58,428 nt of DNA from Perkinsus olseni (taxonomy: Eukaryota), in contig JABANN010000166.1 of assembly GCA_013115125.1 (NCBI GenBank), positions 1-58,428 on the forward strand. The letters are read 5' to 3'. Numbering within the stretch: position 1 is the stretch's first letter; each line of letters begins with the position of its first letter. A program made the translations under genes and the position numbers. The notes beneath the pieces were generated by a model. The model saw only the letters and a list, made by a program, of their open reading frames with translations, had not been told where the DNA came from and ran no database searches. Positions 1 through 12,575 of this stretch are shown here, one piece after another.

Positions 1-117
1 TGGTCGTAGTACTAGGAGTGGTAGTCGTGGTCGTAGTACTAGGAGTGGTAGTCGTGGTCGTAGTGCTAGGAGTAGTAGTCGTGGTCGTAGTGCTAGGAGT
101 GGTGGTCGTGGTCGTAC
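1..117. repeat. 27-bp tandem repeat (about 4 copies) encoding TTTTTTTPS on the minus strand
   Basis: Unit tggtcgtagtactaggagtggtagtcg repeated with minor variants from position 1. Confidence 0.9.
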
Positions 118-556
118 TCGTAGTGCTGGCAGTTGTAGTGGTAGGTGCAGCAGTAGTCACGGGCAATTTCGAAACAGTTCCAGTCGGATCTGGAGGCATC
201 TCACTAGCAGGGTATCCAGTGCAGTCATACAGCTTGTCATCGCACTGAGACTTGTGAATGCATTTGAGACACTTGCTCGTAGCAGGGCCAAACATGCAGC
301 TGAACATACACGAACCTCTTCCACATTGAACGGAGTCACCGAAGCATTGAGCGCAGGAAGGAGTTAGCTTGTTCATTGGATCATCGACCAAACACTTAGT
401 GGTTCCCTTAGCGTCACCCCAGGCTTCTTTGCCGCAACCCGCGAGGAAGTTGCTGAAGGTCTGACCGTAAGAAGTCCAGAAGGCTTGATCCTCGCTCGTG
501 CACTGCCCGGCGAGAGCAACACTGAGAGTAGCGGCAGCAGCAATAACAAACCTCAT
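1..556 (-). CDS. Secreted Cys-rich (12 Cys) protein with Thr/Ser/Pro mucin-like tail; 3'-partial (runs off window start)
   Basis: Manual translation from ATG 556: MRFVIAAAATLSVALAG (signal-like), QCTSEDQ...CGKEAWG...CAQCFGDSVQCGRGSCMFSCMFGPATSKCLKCIHKSQCDDKLYDCTG, then TTTTTTTPS repeats, with no stop in the window. Confidence 0.75.
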   Translation of the reverse strand, partial: MRFVIAAAATLSVALAGQCTSEDQAFWTSYGQTFSNFLAGCGKEAWGDAKGTTKCLVDDPMNKLTPSCAQCFGDSVQCGRGSCMFSCMFGPATSKCLKCIHKSQCDDKLYDCTGYPASEMPPDPTGTVSKLPVTTAAPTTTTASTTSTTTTTTPSTTTTTTTPSTTTTTTTPSTTTTTTTPSTTT

Positions 557-811
557 AGTGTCGTCGTTATACACCAAGGATATCCCAGACGATGGTATGC
601 TTTGGCGAGTCCTAGCTGTTGCATGTGCATTGTGTACAGGGACAGTGTACTACAACACAGGGCGTGTCTAACCTCAAGCGGGCTGCTGCGTCAGGTAGTG
701 CTCTCAAACACTTGAGAAGGTGACAGAAAGTATCAGCCTCCTTATGAAGTGAAGTTGAGAGCCAGGCTGCATTCCCGCCGCCGATTGAACATCTCAAGCT
801 CAATCATTGGT

Positions 812-2752
812 TTATTCAATGAATTCAACTCCAAACCAACGGGAGGTCTCTTGATCAATCACTCTCTGTGTCATGGCTGCATGCAGGAGTGGAAGTGCTG
901 CTTGCTCCCATGCCGGAACAACGAGCGGGGTCTCGCGCAGGAGCTTGTAGACGGCGTAAGAGCCGCACAGCATCGCGATTTTGACGTAACCCTGGGACGT
1001 GATGATGTAGTCCAGCTCAGTGAGTCTAACTGGCGTATCAGCTTTGACCTGAAGGACATTACGTATGATTCAACGCCGGTTGGGCGCCGATAACCGACCT
1101 TCACTATAATGCTCTTTATGTCGAAGTCCGCGAGTTTGATTCCTGCGATGACCGCGACCTCGTTTTGGCTCGGCTCAACGCTAACGAAGAGGACGTTGAT
1201 GATACGAGACGATTCGATACCTGTCAGAGGGTAGTTTCAACTCTTCTCAGGGGCCGATCGTGATTTAGCAAATATCGAGGGGTCCCCGAATAACCTGCAT
1301 GACTCAACAGCTCGTCCAACCGGAAAGGGCCACGCTCGTCCACTTCCTGCCTAGGCATGAGTCTATCCTCACTAACCCGGCGACTGACCGGCACCACAGA
1401 ATGATCGAAAACATGACACGAGCGATAGGCTCTGAATTCGTGCCACCGATACTCGGGGTCCGGCGACTGACTGGAGAGCACGCACCTGAACCCCAACGAG
1501 AGTTGGCGTTCAACTCCGACGTCGTAACACTTGATACAATGTAGAACAATAAACCATTCACAGAAATGTGCCATCACTGCGAAGGGAAGAACTGCCATCC
1601 GCCCGGCCTACACTCCTCTCCAGCCCAGACATTTTTCTAGCATGAATGAGTTAGACCCTTGAAAGGGTGACCCTCGCGAGCTGATGTCGACGTAGAAGAA
1701 TGTAGCATCTTGCTGATCATGCACGCTCAGGTGTTTAACGACATAGTCGTCGAGTCTACACTGAAAAACTGACCAGTTAGGGCGGTCTGTAGGAACGAAC
1801 TTCATCTTATAGTTGAAGTAACCGGGTAGGAGCCGCTCACTTCAGCAGGAGATTGATAGTCGTTTCCTCGACGAAATCTATTGCAGTTCAGATCATCGAT
1901 TGCATTCGCTGGTACTATTGGATCATCTATCGACAGCGTCGGTATCCGAGATGCCGTCCAGATCCCCAACCTTCCGATCACTCGAGTAGCTGCGGCTGCA
2001 AGGTACTCCCACCTACTCGAGATGAATGAACTGGCCCTGTCACTCAAGCCCCTCCTACGTCTCTAGCAAGCGACGACACGGAACGCTCGGAGGAGGAACT
2101 GTGTCGATTCTGGTATCATTTGTGGCACACACATGCTCGTCGAGGAAAAGGGCAGCGCTCAACAGTTCCTCGTCTCCAGCCAGCTGTCGAACACGTGAAG
2201 GGGTGACCCGGAGACTAGGGCCGATGAGGACTGAAAAAAAAAGCACCGACAGTGTATTAGCGACTAGCGTTTTCGCGCACCCATAATGCGCCTGTAACCT
2301 CGCGTTACCCATGGAACATCTCGGTACGGTCCATTCGTCTGGAACATGATCGTAGTCGGCGGCGAATAGCACGCGCTCCCCGTAGGTGGCTTCCTTCAGC
2401 TGTTCCACCATCTCGAGGTTCCAGCGCTCAATGTCAACAATATGGCAGACCGAGTGATCGAGCCTCGTCAAGAGGAAGTCCACGGTATCTCTCAGCCTCG
2501 ATCTACAAACAAGAACTATACCATCGAGGCGAGGACTCCAGCTAGCAGAGACGACCGCGACCCGAACAGCCCCTTCCGGCCGCATGCGATACCCACCACT
2601 GCGCAGAGTAACCATAGAACTTACGCCATCCCCAAAGCACATATGTGGTTCAAGGTTTGATTCGTATCTCTTTCTGAGATGTACTCGTGCAGAAGACGCT
2701 CCAGGTGATCGCCACGTGTGAGCGTGAAGAGAAACCAGAGCAGGGAGCGCAT
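812..2752 (-). CDS. Multi-exon protein with putative signal peptide and C-terminal FkbM/Methyltransf_21-like domain
   Basis: Exons read MRSLLWFLFTLTRG...; DDYVVKHL...FFYVDISSRGSPFQGSNSFMLEKCLGWRG; FRAYRSCHVF; IINVLFVSVEP...IAGIKLADFDIKSIIVK|...LDYIITSQGYVKI...VEFIE*. This resembles the FkbM-family pattern (SNTxxLExxxGWxG, IDxLSxDVEG). Confidence 0.55.
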
Positions 2753-2946
2753 TAGAAACACTCCCGTCCAGACGATCTCTGAAGGAAGGCTAGGGCGTGA
2801 CAACAGCTGAAACCAGGGCTCAGGTGCCGGCGACCAGTTCTTGGATGACTCTGATACGTCTGCGCATAGCCGGCGACCCAGCAGACTAGGACACCTTTCA
2901 ATTCACCACTAATCACAGCACAATGCGGAGGAGAAGAAACGTTCGA

Positions 2947-3531
2947 TCATTTACAGCAGGTTTCCTTGTGTCCTGCAAGCCAGTCTTTCTTCTGACAGGC
3001 AGAGCTACAGTACCAGACCCTCTTACACCGACTGCAGCAGTTCGAGCACACTTTACCGCAGACTTCGCACATCCGATCAGTCTCCTCGAGCTTGTTGAAG
3101 AAGCAGTAATACAGTACTTCGGGATTTGTCTCTTTGTTGCACTCCTCCCAGAATCGGAAATCAAAGCCAGCCTCGACCCCCAAGAGCTCGTACACAGCAA
3201 CACATTCCATATTGCCTTTGCCTCCTTCGCGATCAACAGGGACCCCGAGCTTCTCAGCAACGTCACTGTACCGAAAATCTAGAGAAAGGTCGAGCGGCAA
3301 ATCCCCTTGATATCGTGTGTAGCCCTTGTTCTTGGCATTGGACGTGTAAACGTAAACACAGTCGACTCGGCCGCCTTTCAGCCGTGTGCTGATGCCCTGG
3401 GATTTGGACTGTACATAGCTGCAGTCTGAATACTCTTTCTCTTCTATGTCACTCGCACCACGAGTCTCAAGGAATTGTCGAACTCCAGTAGGTGTCGCAC
3501 CAAGCAGGGGCTTCAAACTCGATGAAGCCAT
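2947..3531 (-). CDS. zf-MYND domain protein (single exon)
   Basis: C-terminal CEVCGKVCSNCCSRCKRVWYCSSACQKKDWLAGHKETC is a MYND finger. First ATG is 3531 (MASSS), preceded by a pyrimidine tract+AG. Confidence 0.85.
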   Translation of the reverse strand: MASSSLKPLLGATPTGVRQFLETRGASDIEEKEYSDCSYVQSKSQGISTRLKGGRVDCVYVYTSNAKNKGYTRYQGDLPLDLSLDFRYSDVAEKLGVPVDREGGKGNMECVAVYELLGVEAGFDFRFWEECNKETNPEVLYYCFFNKLEETDRMCEVCGKVCSNCCSRCKRVWYCSSACQKKDWLAGHKETCCK

Positions 3532-3728
3532 TTTCAGGAGAGACACTGTAAAAACGGATGAACGGGAAGGCGGTCGAAAACCAAAGGCTTAGTTACGAAC
3601 GGTACAAGCTCACAACAAGCTTCACACCAATAACGGGCAACGCGACAATTGGGCTACGGATCGAAAAGAAGTCTGGTAAACTTGGAAAATCGGTGCATAA
3701 ACTCAGATTCGATGATGGTATTGAAGAA

Positions 3729-6700
3729 TCACAAGTTGAAGTCATCTCCGGTGGATGGAGCTGTGAGTCTTTTCTTAAGGAAAGAGCCAACGCTATACAG
3801 CCAGTTTGGTGATTCAGTTGAAGAGTCGGTACCTGGAAAAGAGTACAAATCCACAGGTCAGTCGACGGCCGAGCCTTGGCAGGGCTAAAGCAGGGTGAGG
3901 CACCTTCGGAGGTGGAAGATTCTTCCCTGGTGTAGTCCTCTCTGATTATTTCATGAACCGGCTTCTCCTCGGTTTTTTGTTTCTGTGCAGCTGCGGCAGC
4001 TTGCTTCTTCGAAGCCTCGACAACGAAGTAGTCTACGAGCTTAGGACGCCCATCAGGCTGAGGTTTGCGGTAGTCCTGAGAAGGCCATAGCGCCGAATGT
4101 AGCTGTCTTAGCATCGCGCAGCTCGCTTACTGAAGGCGACGGGCCTAGCCCTTGCTTCACCCTAGTAGCCCAGAAGGAGAGATCCTCTTCCTTGGACTTC
4201 GATTCGGTCTTCGGACGATATTTGCTTGGAGTTATCCACTTCCAGGACGGTACCTAGTAGCCGGGCACGTCATCAGCAAGATGAGGGATACACGTGACAT
4301 ACCCGAGATCCCCTTGGCAGGAGTTTTCCATCCCAATAGGGATCCGCCTCCCACTGCCGGGCAACGTGGTCGATGCCGATAACGAAGACGTGTAGGTCGC
4401 CTGTGTCAGGACTGACCCACATACGAAGGAAGTGCTTGTAGTCCTGTATCCGCAGAGAGCTGAAGGCTTCATTCCAGTGTTGACCGAGGTAGTTGAGAGA
4501 GATCAGCAAGTAGACACCGAAGATGAAAGAAGCGATAGGGGTCATGATGATGTAGAGGAAGGGCAATACCGAGCCTAGGTATCCAAGGTACTCGTAGCGA
4601 TCGATTGGCTGAAAAAAAAGCAGTAGCGAGTCGTTACTAGCGACCCACAGAGCACCACTAGGAGCACGGCCAACAATATGCATCGACCGACAGCAGAAGG
4701 CACTAGGGAAGTCTGTAACCCAAAACATCCGCTTACCAAATTGTTCGCTATAGAGTTGCAGACGGCAGCTCTGTTATAGTACGCCCTGCTAGGCAAGTCC
4801 GTTATCGAGAGGAACCAGGAGTTGAGCGTGGCGGGAGATGGTAGCATCGACGCCTGGATGAGGGGACTGCTGCAGCTGTGGTCAAGGCTGGGCTTACCCA
4901 GAACGGGCCTAGAGTCGACACGATGAGGGCTTGTGTCGAGTCGAGGATCTCCAAACTGTCACCACCCGATGCGGCAGGGTTGGCACTAGCCAGGTACTCG
5001 CAGAAACACTCCACCAGACAGACCGCGGAGACAGCTGCCAGGGAATGGCACAGGCCATGGATCGCCCCGACAAACAACCTGCGGGAGAGATCAGGCTCCT
5101 TCGACGATCCGCGGGAGACTTCGGGACCTACCTCTTGGCCTGCCCCATCTGTTCCTCAGTAAAGCTGATACACATTGCCATGAACACTACTTGCCCGACG
5201 AGGGACACGTACCTGGAAATGAACCATCGATTGTGGCAAGCGCCGATGTCTGGCTAGCCTCGCTATTACGACTGGCGGAAGATCTTATCATAGGCCTCGA
5301 AGATGAGCACGATGAACTCGTACAGACAGAGGAGAGCATTAGGCTGCTGTATTACCCGGCGAGCGTTGCACAGTGGTAGGGCAGAGATGCTCTGAAAGAG
5401 ATAAACTCAGTCCTAGTGCCTCGCGGGATAACAAAGAGTCTCTTGCGAGAGCTCTCAAACGGCAGCACTAATCGCTTTTACTCCTACTATATAGCACCTG
5501 TGCGCTACAGCAGACTAGAAGCAATGCACGATTGACAGCTGAACATACGCGATTTAAGTCCATAGACAAGTGTCTTGACTTGAAATGGCGCCAGGGGGTC
5601 GGGAGACTGTCCCGGAAAGAAGCTTACCATTCCTAGATAGAACATTCCCAGAACCACATCAGCCCCCCAGTTGCGCCTTCGGAAGTGTATAGGGTTGAGC
5701 CACGTCAGGCGACGACTGACCTTCTCGGGCGGGTAGGACTTCACACGGGTGTACCTGTGGTACAGCGACAAATGCTGCGTTGTGTACGGCAAAAACATAT
5801 GCAGTTCGACGCCACGACTGCCGACCCCCGACCTCTAGGAGGAAGCTGGAGTGAGCTATACGATCTTCGAAAAGATTTCACGGAGGGAGTCCTCTTTCGG
5901 GAAGAGTAACTCTCGAGAAGATACCACATTAGAGCCACGGGGATAAGGGGGCCATCGCAGATTAGTACCCAGTGCCCAGAGGTTTCGAAACCGCCGGGGG
6001 GACCTTCAGTCCCGATCCTCCAGCAGCGAAACCGAACTCATTGTTATTGAGCTTGCCAATCCTCTTGTCCACAGATTCCTCCCGTAGTATGTCCTTAGGA
6101 GGGAAGTGAGTCGGATGCAAGAAAGCGCCCGCCCCACCAGAGGTTACTAAGGGCACTCCTTTACTGCCATCCTGAAGAGAAAGCATGCTGAAACTCCCAA
6201 AGCCTCACGTGTAGGGCAACGGACGGTATTACAGGCGGCATGTACCGCGAGTAGTGATGAACATCGCCAGCGAGACGCATGGCCAAGCGCGGCTCTCCTA
6301 TTTTGTCTAGCAGGACGCTGAGCATGTAACCAGTCCTCTGAAAGAGATTGCCAAGTCAAAGGAAGAACCCGCGAAGCGGAGGCGCCTTCTTACAATGTCT
6401 TCAGCAACATCAGACTCCCAGTTAGGTCTGTGAGTGATGACTACCACACGATCTTCTGCGCCAACTTTGCTAGAATCCAGAAGGCCGCAGAAGTAGTCAT
6501 ACTGCGGGCGGTCCAAGTCATAAGAGAGGCTGAGGTCTAGCCCCCATACCCACCAACCATGGGACAACTTCACGGCGAAATACGAGCTCTTCTGCGGGAG
6601 CCTCCAGCCAGCCAAATGGTCTTGGCCGACAAACCAATGGAGGTAGACCTCTAGTCCATCGTACCTGCGCATCGAACCCTCGGACGCCAGAAGGAAGACC

Positions 6701-8072
6701 CTAGGTACTACCAGTCATGATTGCCCGGAATGGCGAAGAATCGCGGCTGATCCACCGCGGCCGAGGACTTCGATTCCGCGGTTGTTGGGGCCTCCTCACA
6801 AGGAGGGAAGGCCCACTCGAGAGGACGTACCAGCCTGTTGACGAAAGCCTTGTGGCTCGGAACTGGATATGCCAGGTCTCCACCATGGAACACCACGCTA
6901 GCCCTAGGGAGCATGATACGACGATGGCCAGCACCGCCGTCAGACGGGGTCCTCCGCATACTCGCAAGACGTATCTCAGAGGCGGTACTGTCTGTCCTCA
7001 TCCGTTTGCCCCCGCGTCCCAGTGATGGCATTGATCTGTGACGCTTCATCGCAAAGGAATCCGAGCTGCTATCTCGCTCCAAGGCCTCAATGCTTCCCTT
7101 AGAGAGGCTTGCGATCGAGAGCTTGTCCACCTTCTCGGCAACGGGATCGTCTTCTGGTACATCCACGCCCAAGAAGGGCTGAGCTATCAACCGCCCAACC
7201 GTATAACTAGAGTCAAACCCGTCACCACCATCAGCGAAGAAGTCGAACCAAGTCTCTTCTTTATCCGACTGGTCCTCGAAAGTCAATGTCCCTTCCGGCT
7301 CTCGAGTCAGCGCGGCCATCAACGCCCTCACGTCAAACCGTCCCATGAAGACCTTGAGCATCACCGTGACTTGCGGGATGTACGTTGTCATCAGAAGACT
7401 GTACCACGATACCATAGTCTTGCGCAGCTTCGGGTCCGGGCCCCGTCGCTTCTCGGCCTCCTCCTCGGCTTGATGGTGCTTGGCCAACACCGGTCCAGCA
7501 GAGAAGAAGCCGTGACGTCGTCCTAGTATCCTCTGCACAAGCCATGATAAACCATAAAGGAGCAGCATGGTTAGCACCACGGGCAACTGCAGCTGGACGG
7601 GGGTATCGAGATACTCACAGTACTCGTCGGTAGAGGAACCCAGTCGGTCTTCCTCTTGCTTACAAAAGCCGTATTGCAGACTCAGGGCCGAGGCCATCAA
7701 GAGAAGGTTGTTGAAGTACTCTCTACGAGTTCTCCGCATCGAGATGCCTCTCATGCGTAGGACACCTTCAACAATGTAGAACCCAGGTAATCCCAGGATA
7801 AGGGCCGGTAAGAAGAAGGAGATCACCTTACTGAAGCGGAAGGGAACAGCGGCTCCTGCAGGGGCTCTCTCGGTGTGACGGAAAACCGTCATGAGGAGAA
7901 AATATGTCGAGAGGTTGATAAACCAGAAGTACCGAGAGTTGCGGTCGGCATCTTGAATGTGCTGCAGAGGGGACAAGAACCAGTAGAAGGCCAAGAACAT
8001 GACCGAGTGTAGAAACACCCACCATTCCACGCGCGAAGTGAGGGACGCCTCCGAGGCTGAGAAGAGCTCCAT
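3729..8072 (-). CDS. Membrane-associated calcineurin-like metallophosphoesterase, paralog A (multi-exon)
   Basis: N-terminal TM segments, WFDFFADGGDGFDSSY, FHGGDLAYP, IPGNHDW|YDGL, GWRLPQKSSYF, AGDVHHY, LVTSGGAGAFLHPTH, HWNEAFSSLRIQDYKHFLR. Spliced C-terminus ...APSTGDDFNL* at 3729. Confidence 0.85.
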
Positions 8073-8235
8073 AATGGGAAAGAGGTGGTCCAGCAAGCCA
8101 GAGGGATCAAGAGAAAACAGTCAACTAGAAAAAACCTCACACAGGAAGTCTTAACGCTACCCAACGAGGCCATTGGTTGCATGAAAAACTAAGTCTCGCG
8201 TTGCAGCTCATACTGCACTGCTATCCCCTCATGGT

Positions 8236-11200
8236 CTACATATTGAAGTCATCTCTTAGCGACTCGTTCGAGCCAGTATACTGCAGCAAAGATGAAACCC
8301 GTCTGATCAGGCTCGTAACGGGATTCGGGCTGGGGACGTCCACAGAGGAACCTTCACAGACAAGATACGTAGCATCATACACACCGAACCTCTACCCTCA
8401 GCTTCCTCCTCTGTGTAGTAGTCCTCGCCTAACAGCGGTGGTGTACTAACGTCAGGCCCGCGCTTCCTCGAAGCCTTCACCACGAAGAAGTCTACGACCC
8501 TCGCTCGACTTCCACTCTTTACGATCTGTCCAGCCTGAAATCGAGGACCTGAGGCCTTTCGCAGCTAAAGCTCCTTCACCCTGTCCTTTGAGCTCCTCTG
8601 AACTCTGGGTCGATACTTGCTAGGAGTCACCCACTTCCAAGAAGGTACCTTAGCAAGGACAGAAAGACTTAGAGAGTGACTTCGCCGAGCTCAACAAGCG
8701 CAGAAAGGAGACAAGGTTGCACAATGGCAGCCCCGAAATGTGTCGACTGCGCCACCCTCTGCCTACTTTCGCGTTCCTTGGCATAAAGGTCTTGTCCCAG
8801 TAAGGGTCCATCTCCCAACGAGTAGGGACGTGATCAACCCCGACAACAAAACAGTGCAAGTCGCCCGTCACAGGCGAGATGTGCATGCGCAGGAAGTTCT
8901 TGTAGTCCTGGATCTTGAGGGAGCTAAAGGCCTCCGTCCAGTGTTGGCCGAGGAAGTTGAGCGAGACCGAGAGGTAACAGCCAAAGATGAAGGACGCGAT
9001 TGGAGTAATGATAATCCACAAGTATGGGACGAGGGGGGCGACCAAGGCAGCATAGTCGAACCTCGTGAGAGCCTGATCAACCACAAGGGGGATATGACAA
9101 TCATAAGGATACATGACACGACATGATCTCCGTTCCGGTGAGCACGTGCGATGAAACTCAGCCAGAGGGGAATGTAGAGCCGCAATGGAGCAAGAAGCCA
9201 TGCTGACCTGCCCGGCAGCCATGCTCACACAAGCGGCCTCTCTGTTAGTGGCGATTATCCGAGGGAGGTCGCAGATGGACAGGGCTAGTGTATTGAGTGC
9301 CGATGGTAATAGATAGAGGGGTATCTATGAAAGGATACCCACAGCGGCAGCAGACCGAGGTCATCGGGCGCACCTCGTAGCCGCTACCCGCAGCCTCGAG
9401 AAGAATACCATCCAGGAACCGAACGATCTCTGGGGATTCACCGCTGGTCATTGTATGTAGTTGGGCAAGGTAAACGGTGGCGCACTCGGCAAGGCATATG
9501 CAAGCCACCGCGGCTATGGCGTGACAGGCATAGTGCACAACTCCTACCCCCAGCCTGATCACCGTGAAGTGCAACGCGGTCACGCTTCGTTTCACCTGTA
9601 CTTCCAAGCCACACCCATATGGGTCTCGGCCAGCGCTATCATGCAGGCGAGGAAGCAACAGTGAGTGAGCAAGGATAGGTAACTGGAAGGGAGTCTCACG
9701 CGAACTTTATGAAAAAGTAGCGCCTACGAGGTGTTGAAAATAGTGTAGAATGTTTCAATCATTAGAAGAAAGAATTCCTTCAAGACCAGAAGGAAGTCGG
9801 GTTGCGACAGGACTCGGGCTGTTCCGCACAGCGGCACCGCCGATATGACCTGACGTGCCGACGAACAGGAGGAGGGCACAGTCTCCGCGGGCCCTTACCA
9901 TGAGTATGTAAGAAAGACCAAGAACGACATCGGCTCCCCAATTCCGATTGCGGAAGTGTATGAGGTTCATCCAGGTCAACTTTCGGCTCAAATTCTCGTC
10001 TGGGTAGGAGCATACTCTAGTGTACCTACGGTGAATCCGCTGTGCAATGAGTACTGATGCAAAGGTCGAGGGTTCAATCCACGGTAGCGACATATTCAAT
10101 ACAGGCCTAGAGAGGATCGAAAACCCCAGCCGTGCTCACCCCGTGCCCGAGGCTTTGCTGATGCACCCCGGCAGGTCAAGGCTAACTTGGCCAGCAGCAT
10201 AGGCGTCTCCATTGCCATTTTGATCGCCTAGTCTCGCGGAAATATTGGCCTCGCTGAGAAAGTCCCGTGGTGGGTAGTGAGTTGGATGTAGGAAGGCTCC
10301 CGCCCCGCCCGAGGTCACCAAAGGAGGGCCATTAGAGCCGTCCTGGAATCGACCACAGCGGCAGATCGGGACCGAGAGGTAGCGATGCATGTACGAACTT
10401 ACACCAGGCACGTATCTTGTGTAATGATGAAGATCACCAGCAATTCTCATGGCCAGCCTAGGCTCCCCTATCTTGTCCAAAAGAACGTTGAGTGTGTATC
10501 CAGTCCTCTGAGCCCAAGGAGGAGCGTCAGTCTAAGGCGCGGTGCCACTAAGCTTACCTCACCCATAGCCACATCGTACACCCAGTTGGGTCGGTGAGTG
10601 AGCACCACCACCCGATCTTCTGCCTCCACCGTCCCGGCCTCCAGCAAGGCACAGAAGTAGTCATACTGCGGACGGTCCAAGTCGTATGAGAGGCCCAGAT
10701 CCAGCCCCCACACCCACCAACCATGCGGTAACTTCACAGCGTAATACGTATGCTTCTGAGGGAGCTTCCAGCCCGCCAATCTTTCGCTGTTCACAATCCA
10801 GTGGAGGAATGTCTCGAGGCCGTCGTGCCTGGGATTCCACTAACACGCCAAGGAAGCCCATGCCCTACCAGTCGTGGTTCCCGGGTATTATAAACATCTC
10901 CGGTTGCTCGTTCGAGTCCCTGACACTGTCCTCAGGATCCACTCGAGGTAGGGCCCACTCCAGGGGCCTGATGAATCGATCGACGAACTCTTCATTTGAG
11001 GGAGATGGATAAGCCACATCACCGCCGTGGAAGACGACGTTGGCCCGCGGCAGCATCAGCGTGTTGCTGTGCGTTGAGCCGAATCTTCCAGCTGTTTTCC
11101 CGCTGGCCGACAACGGGGAGTCATCCTTCACGCGCTGTAGGGATGGTGAAGATCGGCCGCCCTTCTTCGAGAGGGAAGCCAGTTCATCTCCACCGCTCGC

Positions 11201-12220
11201 AACTCTCGGCCGAAGCGCCCCATTCGTCGATAGCAGTGCTTTTTGTGTTTGCGGATGAACATCACCCTCGCTGGGCAGCTCAACGGGAAGATGCGGCTGC
11301 GCCAGAAGCCGTGAGATGGTATAGGTGGAGTCAAATCCGTCGCCACCGTCCGCTAAAAAATCGAACCACAAATCGTCCCTCTCAGATAAATCCGTGAAGT
11401 CGGTCTCAATCCCTTTCGTCTGCGCTGCAAGGAGAACTCGCGCGTCGAATTTGCCGAGAAAGACTTTCATCATGAGAATTAAATCGAAGAGGTGGGTCGT
11501 CATGCTCAAGCTGTACCACGGCACCATATGCTTCCTTTCACTCGGATGTGGTCCTCGAAGCCTCTCCGCCTCGGTCACGTTAGTGTCGATCGGTGGACCA
11601 CAAGAGAAGAAGCCGTGACGCCTTCCGAAGAGCCCTCGAAGGGCCCACGAGCATGCGAATATTGTTCCGATAGTGAGGACCACAGGGAACTGGAAGGTGA
11701 CCGGGTGATCGAGGCATTCGCAGTAGGTAGAGATGCCCGAAGGGAGGTCACCGCGTTGTTGTGTGCAGAAACCGTACTGGAGGCTAACAGCTGATGTCAT
11801 GAGCAAGTAGTTATTGATCAGTTCCCTGTACGTCCTGATAACCGAAAGACCCCGGGTTCGAAACGCCCCTTCGGCAATACAGAAGCCAGGAACACCAATG
11901 AAGAGAGCAGGGACGAAGAACGTGGCCACTTGAGTGAACTGGAAGGGCACTGCTACCACACGAGGAGCTGCTGGAGTGTGTCTCAGCACATTGACGAGGA
12001 GGAAGTATGTGAGAATGTGGAGACCCCAGAAATACTGTGAATTATGAGACTTGTCCTGGATATGCTGCAATGGCGATAAGAACCAGTAGAAGACCAGGAA
12101 TAAGGCGCAGTGGCAAGCAACCCACCACTCGAGCCGCTCACTCATACCAACGGATGAGACCACTGACATTGATCCAGAAAACCTGAGAGAATGGGAAAAC
12201 TCCAGTCGGTCAGCGGGCAT
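8236..12220 (-). CDS. Membrane-associated calcineurin-like metallophosphoesterase, paralog B (multi-exon)
   Basis: Same motifs as paralog A: WFDFLADGGDGFDSTY, FHGGDVAYP, IPGNHDW|HDGL, IAGDLHHY, TSGGAGAFLHPTH, HWTEAFSSLKIQDYKNFLR. C-terminus ...SLRDDFNM* at 8236. Confidence 0.85.
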
Positions 12221-12575
12221 CTACAAAACACGCGAGTTGCACAGCAGGGTATCATCGGTGGTGCTACAGCAGGTCGAAGCTAGGAAGTTTTCTGACCAAG
12301 CATCTGATGATCACTACATATCGACCTGCGCGAAGGCCCCAAGAGATGAGCACACTGGTGAGAGTCTCAATGGACCGGTACAAGCGATGGACGCAGCTCA
12401 CGCACTACATGAGACGGATACAATTGATTACCCCCAACGCGACACTGCGTTCGTTGTTTCACCAATTATCCAGGTGGCTGCAAGTAAAGTATCGTGATGC
12501 GTACCAAAAAACAATCTAAGATGACCAACGAGCTGAAAGCAAACAAATCAGATGCTACAGACTAAACACCCTTCG

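Noticed and set aside
18-248. Plus-strand poly-Val ORF
   Set aside because: It is the antisense shadow of the minus-strand Thr-repeat CDS.
3593-4114. Stand-alone 173-aa ORF
   Set aside because: It comprises the last exons and an intron of metallophosphoesterase A. The spliced frame ends DDFNL* at 3729, matching paralog B.
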